Made by a program: the position numbers and the translations under genes
Notes under the pieces: generated by a model
What the model was told of the DNA's origin: nothing
The model's input: only the letters and a program-made list of their open reading frames with translations
The model's database searches: none
In this document: positions 15,160-29,062 of the stretch, one piece after another
Layout: the number at the start of each line of letters is the position of its first letter
Numbering within the stretch: the stretch's first letter is position 1
NCBI GenBank assembly: GCA_951406725.2
Contig: OX597821.1
Location: forward strand, 103,478,001-103,542,000
Length of the DNA stretch: 64,000 bases
DNA from: Octopus vulgaris
Taxonomy: Eukaryota
Reading direction: 5' to 3'

Positions 15160-15454
15160 TTTTGTTCTTTCTCGCGCCATGCTTGGCTCATAAGGGCCGG
15201 ATTCCCTGTTTCATTGGCGTATAGGTTCCCCAGCTAAATAGGACACTGATCCGTCGCAGGGGAGCTGCTAAATGCAGGAGGAAAGAGTGAGAGAAAGTTG
15301 TGGCGAAAGAGTCAGCTGAAGTTTGCCATTATCTTCTGTTGGAGCCGCGTGGAGCTTAGGCTGTTTCGCTCATAAGCACACTCATTGCCCGGTCTGAGAT
15401 TCGAACCCGCAGACCCAAGTCCGCTGCTCTTACCACTAGGCTATGTGCCTCCAC
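15160..15454 (-). mobile_element. SINE family C, short-tail variant
   Basis: Head matches 11269 and 45429; the 3' half matches the 45117 copy. Confidence 0.8.
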
Positions 15455-15871
15455 ACGTATGTATATGTATATTGTTAACATTAGTAGCATTCAAACTTTT
15501 CTATCTAAAAGGCTTTAGCAACTCAGTATTTTCTTGTCATTGTTGATAGCTTTATGTATATCCTTCGAGAAACTTCGAGATAGTCCCGCCTTCACCTCAA
15601 AAAGCTATGAGAACATATATGCGTGACCATAACATGCCAATTTACTTCTTGAAAGATAAATTCTCCTCGTAGAGATACACGTATGTACTTCCGTATTTTC
15701 TATATATTACACACATACACACAAACCAATACACATGTACACATATTCATAGATTTAAAAGAAGATACATGCATAACACACGTCCACCAGTTTCTACTAC
15801 TACACACACACACACGCACACACTCACACACTTAGACACATTATGCTCATATGTTTTCCACACATATACAT

Positions 15872-15971
15872 ATCCATCTAACTATCTATCGATCTATCTA
15901 TCTATCGATCTATCTCTCTACCTATCTACGTATCTATCCATCTATCTCTCTACCTATTTAAGTATCTATCC

Positions 15972-16044
<73 letters not shown>

Positions 16045-16058
16045 AGTATCTATCCATA

Positions 16059-16125
<67 letters not shown>

Positions 16126-16227
16126 ACATCTTTCCATCTATTTAACTATCTATCTATCTATCTATCTGTCTGTCATTTTCTGTCTCTTTCTCTATTTATC
16201 TGTCTGTATACATACATATATATAAAC

Positions 16228-16307
<80 letters not shown>

Positions 16308-16330
16308 CACACACACAGACACACACATAT
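15872..16330. repeat. (TATC)n / (TA)n / (GA)n compound microsatellite
   Basis: Direct inspection. Confidence 0.95.
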
Positions 16331-17103
16331 ATATATATATAGGTATATCTGTATATATTGCAAGTTATATTTTGACATGATTTTTTTTTTTATCTCTACG
16401 ACTCACTTTCATTTCCCTTATACCACACTATAAAAACATTCAATATATGCATTCTCAGTATCAAAAGAAATATATTTTAAAATTCCTATCACATCCAACG
16501 TTTTTATTACTTGTACAGCAGTTATAACCTAGATTAAATTTACTGGATCTCTTCGAATAGATGTAGCGACAAATACTATTATTGCAGATTTGTAGAATGT
16601 AAGGTGAGAACCATAAAGTTGTATAGCCTCTAACCATTTTGGATTTCGGTTTTAGAAAAACGCAGAAATCTTCCAGCAGCACAGCAGCAAAATATATAAT
16701 GGTATCATCTGGTCTCTGTCATGAACAGTTATGATTATTTTATCATCTATAACAAGAATATTATTCATAGAATGTTGAAAATACGCACCAGAACACGCAC
16801 TCACAAAAATATTCATACACAAACAATGACAAATACACATATGCAGATATACACACATACACACACTTACACATATATTCATAATATATACCCAGCACAC
16901 ACACACACAAAACTACATATATTTCTATGCATATATGTGTACACATCTGCATATGGGTAGATATACGTATAATAATATAATTCACACACACACATATATA
17001 CATACACACACAATTATACACAGTCACACGCACGCACACACACATATAGGTATATGTTTATGTGCGTGTGTATGAGTCGATGTGTGTAAATATAATAGTT
17101 ATT

Positions 17104-17160
<57 letters not shown>

Positions 17161-17587
17161 GTATATGTATACGTATATATATGTTATATTTATGTATACA
17201 TATATATACATATATATATATACACTTTAGATATACATATATACACATATAAATATATTATATACATTACATTCATACATGTATATATATGCATATATAT
17301 ATATATATACACACACACATACTCACATACATATACATATGTGTGTGTTTATATGCGTGCATATGTGTTTATGAATGTAAATTGTAATACGATATTGAAT
17401 GTAATTGTAAGAATAGAGAGGCAATAGTTTACAATGGAGAGGAAAAGATTTTTCCTCACAGTTCAATTGTTGCGAATCACTCTTTGATGTTTCACGTTCT
17501 TGAAAAGGTGCCTGAGGCTCGGAAACATAACACTGCGGATGCAGCTCTCAATATTTTCAGCCCAATCCTAACTATCTCTTTGAATAC

Positions 17588-17665
<78 letters not shown>

Positions 17666-18259
17666 GTCTATTTATCTATCTATCTCTATGTCTGTCTGTC
17701 CATCTATCTATCTATCTAGATTAGTACTATCGCTGTAATTAGATAGACAGGCAGACACACACACACATGAATGCATATATATCCACACACACACACCCAC
17801 AAACACACATATATAAATATACATATATACACAAACATGTAAATTTCCTCTATTCGATTATATAAGCCACATTGAAATATATATTTGCATGCTATATTAC
17901 TTAACATCGAATTAAATTCGTTTTATTTATTCGTCAGAAGTACATCCATTGAATTACATAATAATTAGCTAAGCAAATACATGTTAATCACTAACGCTCT
18001 ATAAGTGCATCGTTTTATGAATTCATTAACACTGTAAGAAATATTGAGATACTATTGAGATATTATTACTTTATAGTCAAATTCATCTGGAATATTAATG
18101 GATCTGAAATTGCTAGTAGATCTCATACTGGTACTCAAAACTGGGGGCATAGTTCCTTGTAGCAGAAACAGCTGTAAATTCATGAAGGGGTTTACGTAAC
18201 CCTTGCACTTTTTTATCCATTTATTTATCAATATCACACTCCGTACCTGCTTGCTGGTT

Positions 18260-18484
18260 CGAGCTGGCAGAAACGTTAGCACGCCGGGCGAAATGCGTAG
18301 CCGTATTTCGTCTGTCGTTACGTTCTGAGTTCAAATTCCGCCGAGGTCGACTTTGCCTTTCATCCTTTCGGGGTCGATAAATAAAGTACCAGTTTCCCAC
18401 TGGAGTCGATGTAATCGACTTAATTCCTTTGTCTGTCCTTGTTTGTCCCCTCTATGTTTAGCCCCTTGTGGGCAGTAAAGAATT
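18260..18484 (+). mobile_element. SINE family B
   Basis: cgagctggcagaaacgttagcacgccgggcg...ccccttgtgggcagtaaagaa, near-identical to 62532-62762. Confidence 0.92.
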
Positions 18485-19114
18485 ACATATTAGTGTCCAT
18501 AGCAGAGAACATTAGAAAATTCATATCTTCTCACACCCGACTTTACATTACTGTCAAGCGTAATTACACAGAGTTCCAATAATTGGTTATTTGTACCTCT
18601 ATGGTTAGCGCAATTGCGAAATACGTTATAATGTATGTAATCGCATATCAGTACCAACCTCTTGCTCGTGCAATATCTGTTGGTTCCGTTGTTGTCGCTT
18701 TTGATATTCTTGTCGTTGAAACAAGTATCATCCCATAACAATTTGCTATACGATCATATCGTTCTTCAGCCCCGAAAGAACATTCTGCTATTTCGTATAG
18801 TGTTATCCTACATAGTGTAAGATTCTAGAGCATGTAGGATAAGATAGCAACGTACGATCTTACCATTGTGAATGCATCACCATAGCTTGTAGACTCTACT
18901 GGTTATGGTGGTGCACTCACGATCATAAGAGCGTGGTTTCGATTCAGGGACGTGCGTAGTTTTCTTAAGCAAAGCATTTCACCTGAGGCTGCTCTGAACT
19001 CACTTCGACAGTTGAAGCATCGCCCACCGTGTACCTGTAAAGGCAATGTTGACCTGACGGAGTAAGTGAGCTAATGTACGGTAAATACAGTTGATTACTA
19101 TAAAGAAATCAACA

Positions 19115-19907
19115 GGCGCAGGAGTGGCTGTGTGGTAAGTAGCTTGCTTGATATAGGAATTCAAGCGGCATTGAAGATAATGATAAATATATCGTTGAAT
19201 ATATCGATGAGTAGCATGTGAAAAAGCATCGTTAGAGTGTTTGAAACCTCATCTTATTGTATTATTTGTAGTGGTTTATAACCTCAATTGTGTGTTTATA
19301 AAACAAAACATGTTAACTAAGAGGTTTTAGTGCCTTCTTCTTGTAAGTGGTTTGAAACCTCATATTCATTTTAAAAAAAAGAAAATATGTTTTCGAGAAA
19401 AATCCAATCGGTGGGTGTTGGGTTTCGTCTCTCATTTATTCATTTTATTTCATTTTCATTCATTAATGTGTTTGTCCAGTTCGCAAAGCTGCACTCTCTT
19501 TGTACTGTCTATATGACAAATTTTATGAAATAAAGTAGCTTGCTTACCAACCACATGGTTCCGGGTTCAGTCCCACTGCGTAGCACCATAGGCAAGTGTC
19601 TTCTACTATAGCCTTGGGCCAACCAAATCCTTTTGAGTGGATTTGGTAGACGGAAACTGAAAGAAGCCCGTCGTATATATGTATTTATATGTGTGTGTGT
19701 GTTTGTGTGTCTGTAATTGTCCTCTCCCCCCAACATCGCTTGACAACCGGTGCTGGTGTGTTTTCGTCTCTGTAACCTAGCGGTTCGGCAAGAGACCGAT
19801 AGTATAAGTACTAGGCTTACAAAGAATAAGTTCTGGGGTCAATTTGCTCGACTAAAGGCCGTACTCCAGCATGGCCGCAGTCAAATGACTGAAATAAGTA
19901 AAAAGAG
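19115..19907 (+). mobile_element. SINE family A split by a 383-bp insertion
   Basis: Head at 19115-19149; the element resumes at 19533. Confidence 0.9.
19150..19532 (+). mobile_element. Unclassified 383-bp insertion with a 13-bp TSD (probable non-LTR 3' end)
   Basis: TSD aagtagcttgctt at 19137-19149 and 19533-19545; the insert ends in gaaata(aa). Confidence 0.75.
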
Positions 19908-20177
19908 TGTACAAGTTGTTCGGCAAGAAATTGCAGAAACGCAATCTGCCGTTTACGACAGGAGATAATCCCCTCCACAGCCCTACATTACCCATTATCC
20001 ATATAGCATTTAAACAATTTTCCTTCTAGAGATAGACTCTATAGTAAAACTACAAAGAATTCGGCTGTTATTATTTTAGGCAAATCGTGGTACCACGTTG
20101 ACTGTCCTACACTCGCTCGTGAATAGGTAGCTTTATCTATATTTTTTTAACCACGACTCAGTAGTGTTACTTAACAC

Positions 20178-20521
20178 CAGATGTTCTCAATCATTTTTAT
20201 GTATGCACCCCTTTTGATTAGTATTTTATTCCGGTCGACCCCCGTAGCGATTCGATGTCTAAAAAGTAGTTTTATAGAAACTGCTTTCAAAATTCCTATT
20301 TTATTTTTCACATAACTTGTGATAGCGTAACTATGTAAAATGTTAGAGATAGAACCCTGACTATTTCTTGTTATATATACCAATACATATATCTAAAGCG
20401 ATTTTTTGCAGGGACCCTCAAAATACTATTGCGGATCCCTAATTTACTATTTGTTGCATGGAATCCCAGAAATCTTACATGAATCCTCAGACGCTACATG
20501 GACCTCGGTTGAAAAACAGTG
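20178..20521. mobile_element. Old hAT-type MITE
   Basis: Ends cagatgttctcaatc ... ggttgaaaaacagtg resemble the CAGTGGTTCTCAACC TIR type; the 3' end gacctcggttga is shared with 53409-53649. Confidence 0.6.
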
Positions 20522-20605
20522 GTATTTGGCTGTTGTTTTAGGCATATCATGTGGTCATTTTGAGGTTTCTGTATTGGCTATGGAACATATAAGTGTTTCT
20601 CTATC

Positions 20606-21523
20606 ATTTTCCACTCTAGGCACAAGGCTCGGAATTTTTGGGGAGGGGGCAGTCGATTAGATCAACTCCAGTACGCAACTGACACTTCCTTTATCGACCC
20701 CGAAAGGATGAAAAGCAAAGTCGACCTCGGCGGAATTTGAACTCAGAACGTAAAGACAGGCAAAATATCGCTAAGCCTTTCGCTAACAATTCTGCCAGCT
20801 CACCACCTTAGATGTGTTTCTATATCCTTTTCTGCTCAAGGCACAAGGCCCAAAATTTTATGGGAGGAGACAATCGATAAGATCGACCTCACTACTCAAC
20901 TGGCACTTCATTTTTCGACCCCGAAAGGATGAAAGGCAAAGTCGACCTCGGCGGAATTTGAACTCATAACATAAAGACAGACGAAATACCTATTGTTTAC
21001 TACTCACAAGGGGCTAAACACAGAGAGGACAAACAAGGACAGGCAAACGGATTAAGTCGATTATATCGACTCCAGTGCGTAACTGGTACTTATTTAAACA
21101 ACCCCGAAAGGATGAAAGACAAAGTAGACCTCGGCGGAATTTGAACTCAGAACGAAACGGCAGACGAAATACCTATTTCTTTATAACACACAAGGGACTA
21201 AACATAGAGGGGACAAACAAGGACATACATAGGTATTAAGTTGATTACATCGACCCCAGTGCGTAACTGGTACTTTATTTATCGACCCCCGAAAGTATGA
21301 AAGGCAAAGTTGACCTCGGCGGAATTTGAAATCACAACGTAACGACAGACGAAATACGGCTACGCATTTCGCCCGACGTGCTAACGTTTCTGCCAGCTCG
21401 CCGCCTTATAGAATGAAAGGCAAAGTCGACCTTGGCGGAATTTGAACTCAGAACGTAACGGCAGACGAAATGCCGGTAAGCATTTCGCCCGGCGTGCAAA
21501 TGTTTCTGCCAGCTCGCCGCCTT
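20606..21523 (-). mobile_element. Array of five family B SINE units, all in the same orientation
   Basis: The core gaaagg(c)aaagtcgacctcggcggaatttgaactc occurs five times, with two tail types. Confidence 0.92.
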
Positions 21524-22111
21524 ATACTTGTTTCTATATCGTCATACTGGAAAGTGAAAGCTACGTTCGCATATAGTTATTCATTTCTGGAGCTGTTAAA
21601 ACGAAGCCACAATTAACATTATAACTACTCTGACATAAATATATTATTGCTGGTTTATTAGTTTGCGAGATTGTGGTGTTGTTTAATGAAGCCTGCACTT
21701 AATGCAGCTCTGAAACATTCTATCTTAGTTTTCCTTTAATGGCACATTAGAAAACCATACTAATTAGGTAGCATTATTGAAATTAGATTCTAGAGGAGAG
21801 GTTTTGCGCATTTCCTACTTTCCATTTGACATGATAATCATACGGTAAGGGATATATATATACTCACACACACACAAAAACACACGTACGCGCGCAAACA
21901 CACGCTAGCGCACATGTATATATACACACTTATATACACTCACACAAACACGCCCACAGAGAGACATACTCCCATGCGCACGCACACACACACATAGGTA
22001 CCCCCCACATATATATATATATATATATATATGCAGAAAGAAAGAGTAACAGGTAAGAAAAAGTGACTAGTTTAAAAGAATAGGAAACACTAGAAGGCAG
22101 GAAAAAAGAGA

Positions 22112-22171
<60 letters not shown>

Positions 22172-22520
22172 TAGAGAAAGCGAGAAGAGAGAGGGTAGAG
22201 GCAAGAGAAAAGCCTGTGCTTAGATATTATGTTAAGGCAATGTATCTTAGTATCATTTAAGCATAGTAAATTCCGAGGTTGAAGTTCCGTTAACGGTAAG
22301 CATTAAAGACTGACTACAGTATATGTGTGCATATGTATGTGTGTGTGTGTGTGTGTGCGTGTGTGCGAGCGTGTGTGTGTGTATGTGTGTATTTATGAAA
22401 ACGGAATTAGAAAAACATTTAATTATAATTTATTCTGCATTACATATGTTTCATTACCAATAGGAGTTACGTATGTATACGCGTAGAAAAAGGCAAGTAA
22501 GACATCTTCTATTTTACGCT

Positions 22521-22926
22521 TTCACTCTTTTACTTGTTTTAGTAATTTGACTGTGGCCATACTGGAGCCATGCCTTTAGTCGAGCAAATCGACCCCAGGA
22601 CTTATTCTTTGTAAGCCTAGTACTTACTCTATCGGTCTCTTTTATCGAACCGCTAAGTAAACACACCACCATCGATTGTCAAGAGATGTTGGGGAGACAA
22701 ACACAGATACACAAACACAGCACACACACATACACATATATATACATATATATATATATACAAGACGGGTTTCTTACAATTTCCATCTACCAAATCCCCT
22801 CACAAGGCTTTGGTCGGCCTGAGGCTATAGTAGAAGGCACTTGCCCAAGGTGCCACGCAGTGGGACTGAACCCGGAACTATGTGGTTGGTAAGCAAGCTA
22901 CTTACCACACAGCCTCACCCACGCTT
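22521..22926 (-). mobile_element. SINE family A
   Basis: Full head-to-tail match to 38936-39325, in reverse. Confidence 0.9.
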
Positions 22927-23661
22927 CTATTTAGTAATTCTTCAGACAGAGATTGAAATACTTTATTATTTTAATTCTCGATGTGAAGTCTTACTATGTC
23001 TCAATGTAAATTGAAAAATAAGAATAAAAATAAAAATACAAGGAACGCTAAATATAAAATACACAAGACATTCCAGTTTTCTGTTTTGATATGTAACAAC
23101 TCAGCAAAAAGTATTTTCCAGTATTTGCAATAATAAGCAGTAATTTCTAGGCGGTGCTCCATGCTGGGGCACCGCCTCGCAGAAGTCTTATTCAAGCAAA
23201 CCGAGCTTTCAGTATTTAGATATATCTAAGTAGATGAGGAAACATATTGTACACACAAATAAACACACTATCATACATTTAACACGCACGCACACACACA
23301 CACACACGCACACACACACACACACACACACGCACACATATACACACACACATACACACATATAAACGCACATACGTACGTACGTACATGTATATATATC
23401 CGCATATATATATATCCGGTGTTATCTAATTATGAGTTCAATAGAATTTAATTCGCGCTGGCGTAGATACTGAATATCATGGAAAAGAAGGGGAAAAGCG
23501 GGAAGAAGAGAAAGGAACATGGAAATCTGTTGAAATATTATATTGAATAGAAAAGAGAAACATCCTTGGTTCGCAATATGTGCATGTAATTAAGAGAACG
23601 AGAGAGAAAGAGAAAGAAGGAGAGCGAGAGAGAGAGAGAAAGAGAGAGAAAGAGAAAGAAG

Positions 23662-23692
<31 letters not shown>

Positions 23693-23802
23693 TGGAGGAA
23701 AGAAAGCGAGGCGGAATAAGAAGAGAAAATCAATGATATGTATGAATGTAGGTATATATGTATGTGTGTATAGGTGTGTGTATATATGTTTCTGCATGTC
23801 TG

Positions 23803-23838
<36 letters not shown>

Positions 23839-23973
23839 TATAATATGGCTATAATGCATACGTATATATAATAGTTTATATCGCATAATGTTATTTATAT
23901 ATAAAATATAATATACTATGAGACATGTATATATATAATACTTATAATATATATACAATTATGCACATAAGTT

Positions 23974-24012
<39 letters not shown>

Positions 24013-25035
24013 GTAAATATATACATCTATGCAAGTTACAACAGGTATATATATACGTATATATATATACATATATGTGTGTGTGTGTATTTAAGTATGC
24101 ATTTATAAATATAAATTGTGTGTTTGTCTATAATATATATGTGCTTGTGTGTGAGTGTGTATGTCAAACTCTCTTTCCTCTATACAGACACAGACACACA
24201 CACACACACATATATATATATAAAGACTGAACTACATACATGCAAATAATTGAAGGCTATATGTAAATATGCATATTCGTATGTATATATGTATGAGTGT
24301 GTGAAGGTTCGAGAGAGATATAAACAGACTGACTTATAGACAGGTTTACAAATTCCTTCTTGCTTGCATGACACAATTTTAAAAACATTAAGACAATGCC
24401 AAACGGAAAAAACCTAATATCTTGTAATTAAAAATAACAAAATTTGAAAAAAAAACGACACTTCTTTTTATGGCTTGTTTTCTGATAACTCTTTGTCACA
24501 CAGGAATAGAAAATTTTTAATCTTGTTGTAGATGAGAAGCAGCAACGATCAATATTCTTTTATCCAGAGCATAAGTAAACGAGTGTTAAGCAGTTTTGAA
24601 ACGTCCATGAAAACCAACAGCATCTGGCCATCGATCTATTCCAGTCTATAAATAAATACTTCACTGAACGGAAATGTCACAGCAACCATTGATGAGATAG
24701 GAAAACAAACCACACACAAAAACAGAAAACAAAAAACAAATTGCGAGATGGAAATGGATTTCGTTTGAGAAAAATATTACAAAAAATAAAAGAATATATT
24801 AAATTAAATAAAGAAGAAAAATAGTGACAAAACCAAGTGGAAATTTAACAGAGAATTTTAAAGTAACGATTATACGTCCAGATCTGTCAGATACAATAAT
24901 GAAAACAGGTTCTATGTGGTTACGAGATATGCGAGAAATACGAGCTATGTCTTCAACTAAATTCAACTGATAAAAATGAAAGAAATATGTAGATGCATGT
25001 ATGTATATTTACATACGTATATCGTTTATCAATTA

Positions 25036-25431
25036 CTTGTTTCAGTTATTGGTATGCAGCCATGCTGTGACACCACCATCAAAGGTTTAGTCGAACAAAT
25101 CCATGTGTTTGCACATGGTTTCCGTTTGCTAAATTCACTCACAAGTCATCAATTGGCTAGGAGTTATACTAGAAGACACTTGCAAGCTTGCCAGCAAACA
25201 GACATGTCTGCACATGAAGACACACGCACGCACGCACACACACATACAAACATGTATATATATATATATATATTTACGACGGGCTTCTTTCAGTCTCCGT
25301 CGACCAAATCCACTCACAGTACTTTGGTCGGCCCGCGGTTACAGTAGGAAACACTTGCCCAAGGTGCCACGCAGTGGGACTGAACCCGGCACCATGTGGT
25401 TGGTAAGCAAGCTACTTACCACACAGCCACT
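25036..25431 (-). mobile_element. SINE family A fragments (old tail and body plus a younger head)
   Basis: 25277-25431 is a near-consensus head; 25036-25185 are diverged pieces. Confidence 0.8.
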
Positions 25432-25433
25432 GT

Positions 25434-25526
<93 letters not shown>

Positions 25527-26489
25527 ATATAAACATATATATGCGACACTTACAGAAAACGGAAAACAATTGAAGAGGACACAATCAATTCCTCATTAGT
25601 TCTCGACCAACAGTCATTACTATTTCGACACATTAATGCTAATATTGTTCAATTTGGCGGCGTCAACGGCAAAAACTGCTGCAGTACAAGGGAGCAAACA
25701 CGAAGAGAAGAATGAGACAAATACAAAAGAAAAGCAGAGTCTCTTGATCGAACGATAAAAACGACAAGTTATGATGATAATAGAAAAATATGTAAAATGA
25801 GAAAGCAAGACAAGGAACGAAGAAATAAATATATAATAAACGGCTGTGATAGAAAGTCAGCTCGCCGCCTTTCTGTCGCATTTTTACAGACAAATAATAC
25901 AAACACGGCTGATGCAGACAATTGCCAGTCTCCCGGAGTGGAAAGTAGTTAAATGTTTCTGGCTTTGCGTAAAAGAAATTACGGGAAGATCAGTTAATAA
26001 TGGTTTTATTCAAGATATTCCCTTCTCAGATTCACACATATATGAGTAGCTTATTTATTGGTACATCCGGGTCTTTTTACGTGTGATAGAGAGGAAGCGT
26101 GGCTGTCACTAAAATGTAAAGGCTTATGATGAAAATTTTCTATAACATCCTTGAATTTCAACTGTAGATTTTCATTATATTTAAACAGTAACGACCCTGC
26201 GAATCTGCTACCCTGAATGATAATTGCTTCTCAGTTAGACAGAAGGCCAGTCATTCTGATGAGGGAGACTTATACTTGACTGATATTTGTGATTTTTTTT
26301 TTCATTTTTCAACACTTGAGAGATGGAAGACAACATTGGCCTTCCTGAGATTTGAAATGAGACTGTTAAGAGGTGGGGAAAAATTGCGCGAATCAGTCTT
26401 TTATCGTTAGAGCGTCTCAGAAAATTGCTTTTCAGTATTTAAAAGTTAAAAAAAAAAAGAGCAGAAATTGAAAAAGACGAGAAAATCTT

Positions 26490-26630
26490 CACGTTCTGAG
26501 TTCAAATCCCGCTGGATTAAATTTCACTAACATTCGTTCGAGTTCGATAAAATAAAGTAACAATGAAGTACTGGGGTCGATGTGATCGTCTTGTCTCGCA
26601 CCCAGCAAAATGTCTGGCCTTGTGCTAAAA
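26490..26630 (+). mobile_element. SINE family B, decayed
   Basis: acgttctgagttcaaatcccgc...gataaaataaagta...ctggggtcgatgtgatcg...ggccttgtgc. Confidence 0.7.
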
Positions 26631-26682
26631 TTCCCTTGAAAATACTCACAATGCTTGAGTTCAAACACGTTCATCATTTTTT

Positions 26683-27070
26683 TTTCACTTGTTTCAGTCA
26701 TTTGACTGTGGCCATGCTGGAGTACCGCCTTTAGTCGAGCAAATCGACCCTAGGACATATTATTTGTAAGCCTAGTACTTATTCTATCGGTCTCTTTTGC
26801 CGAACCGCTAAGTTACGGGGACAAAAACACACCAGCATCGGTTGTCAAGCGTTGTTGGGGGGGGGGGGGACAAACAGAGACACACAATCATACACACATA
26901 TATACGACGGGCTTCTTTCAGTTTCCGTCTACCAAATCCACTCACAAGGCTTTAGTCGGCCCGAGGCTATAGTAGAAGACACTTTCCCCAAGATGCCACG
27001 CAGTGAGACTGAACCCGGAACCTTGTGGTTGGTAAGCAAGCCACTTACCACACTGTCACTCCTACGCCTA
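26683..27070 (-). mobile_element. SINE family A
   Basis: Full-length reverse match to the family A consensus. Confidence 0.92.
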
Positions 27071-27777
27071 CGCTTTAGTTACACATCTAAAGAATCCAGT
27101 AGCAAATTAATTTATTGAACGAGAATTCAATAAACTCCATCTCTCCTATTCAAAAGCATCTCAATGATACTTTTACAATATCATCTTCGAACAAATTATG
27201 ACCAACACTGTAGATTAAAGCCTGCCGCAAAATAAGCGTTTCTCATGTAATTCCTATTCTTGCCTGAAGTGTTAGTAGTCCGCTTGTAAAAGAGTTAATG
27301 GCAATTCTCAAACGTTCAGAGATAATATAAAACCTTACAAGGTGATCATTTGTGTTTCAAGGTGAATCCTACTCTACAGCAAAGGCCTCACTAATTTTCT
27401 ATCAGGGCTAACTAAATTTCTCACCGGTCTTTTTCGTCAAATCGAGTTTCCCTTTGACCTGGTTTCATCACTATTATTTTCTGTTTCCTTTCTATGTAAT
27501 TTTATTATTTCTTATCGCATTCTTTCATACGATCTTTCTTTTCTTCCATTTTCATTCTCTCTCAAACGTGCACACGTACGCCCACACATAACTATTTCAC
27601 ACAAATGCCTACAAATTCATTTCTCTCTCTCTCTCTCTCTCTCTCTCCAGTTCATAGACCCTCCTTTCCAATTTTCCTCTGTAGTATTTTCTTCCCTTTC
27701 TATAGTCGCTTTCTCCAATATTCTTACGCATCATCCATGCAGCCTAAAATCTTTAAGCAGTTAAATTCGACAATTTT

Positions 27778-27962
27778 TTCTTTTATTTGTTTCAGTCATT
27801 TGACTGCGGCCATGCTGGAGCACTGCCTTTAGTCGAACAAACCGACCCCAGAACTCACTCCTTGTAAGCCTAGTACTTTATTCTATCGGTCTCTTTGGCC
27901 GAGCCGCTAAGTTGCGGGAACGTAAACACACCAACATCAGTGGGAGAGACAAAGACAAACAC
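27778..27962 (-). mobile_element. SINE family A, 3' portion
   Basis: gtttcagtcatttgactgcggccatgctggagcac... Confidence 0.88.
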
Positions 27963-27991
27963 ACAAATACATACATGCATACACACACACA

Positions 27992-28064
<73 letters not shown>

Positions 28065-28101
28065 CTGTGAATATAATATATGACAGGTATTCGGTAGCCA
28101 T

Positions 28102-28162
28102 GATAAAACTCCGAGTTTCGGATGTCGGGGCGGAAACCCACGCCACCATCTCTCCAGTTACC
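28102..28162 (-). ncRNA. Type-I hammerhead-like motif in a PLE-type element abutting (TA)n
   Basis: GGUAA-CUGGAGA-GAUG-...-CAUC-C-GAAA-CUcggAG-UU-UUAUC has a 5-bp helix I, helices II and III, and A6>G in the core. Confidence 0.5.
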
Positions 28163-28319
28163 GGCCTATCGAAAAAAATGCTATGAAAATGGCCGTTAAA
28201 ATAAAGGAAAATTACTCTGTGATTGACCGTTATTAAGACAAAAGAGCTATTAGAATGACCGCTAAGTAAGGGGAGGGAGTAAAGGTAAGGGAGTAAAAAT
28301 GTTCAAAGGGAGTAAAAAT

Positions 28320-28428
28320 GTTCAAAGCCTCCTGGACCTCAAGTGGCCTGAACTCTTTACATGAACACCACCCTGTACTTAACTCCATGTCCCCCTACAT
28401 GGCCTTGCTATTTGCTTTTGAGCCAAAT

Positions 28429-28465
<37 letters not shown>
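28320..28465 (+). mobile_element. CR1-clade LINE 3' end with (TAAC)n tail
   Basis: Near-identical to 31421-31616 (inverted) and similar to 59227-59445. Confidence 0.85.
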
Positions 28466-28466
<1 letters not shown>

Positions 28467-28469
28467 GTA

Positions 28470-28741
28470 GACTTGTAAGGCACAAGTCCAAGCAAGATTG
28501 CTTTTGGAAGACCAGCAGTCGCTCGTGTGTACCAGTCTACCTTCTCCACGCCACCGATGTTGTCCAATGGAAAGGCAAAGGCCGATATAGCTTGGCACCC
28601 GAGACGTCACAACACATTTCTGTTCTGAGTGAACTGGAGCAACGTGAAATAAAGTGTCTTGCTCAAGAACGCAACACACAGCCCGGTCCGAATATGTTGT
28701 GAAGGCTCATGGTTCTAACCGTTGAGCCATGCGCCTTCACA
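28470..28741 (-). mobile_element. tRNA-derived SINE family F (CORE-like body)
   Basis: Head gtgaaggcgcatggctcaacggttag; body ttgagcaagacactttatttcacgttgctccagttcactcag. Decayed relatives lie near 18900-19100 and 53760-53880. Confidence 0.7.
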
Positions 28742-29062
28742 ACATATCCTGCTAGTAAATATATCCAATTTCGTCTATCAATGACCCGACTTACGAGATA
28801 TAATTTTTTTTTGTATTGGATGAACAAAATGAAGGTTTTTTTTTTCCTTATTTGATGACTCAAGGAAATATGGTTAATCGGGGGCATCAAATCCATTCGA
28901 TTCCCTGTCCCTCTGATACCCTGTCCCTTTGCCCCTACCAAGCTTCGTTCATCTTTCTTTTCTTCCATCTCTGTAGGGACCACTCCTTCTATAACCTCTC
29001 CTTCAAATCTAGGTCTACTTCAGCTTAGTTAAAGTATGTCATTAGCAGGTAAGAGAGAAAGG

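Noticed and set aside
18490-18741. 83-aa minus ORF as a possible REL-domain relic
   Set aside because: Only an LWD resemblance; the RPD and other catalytic motifs are not found.
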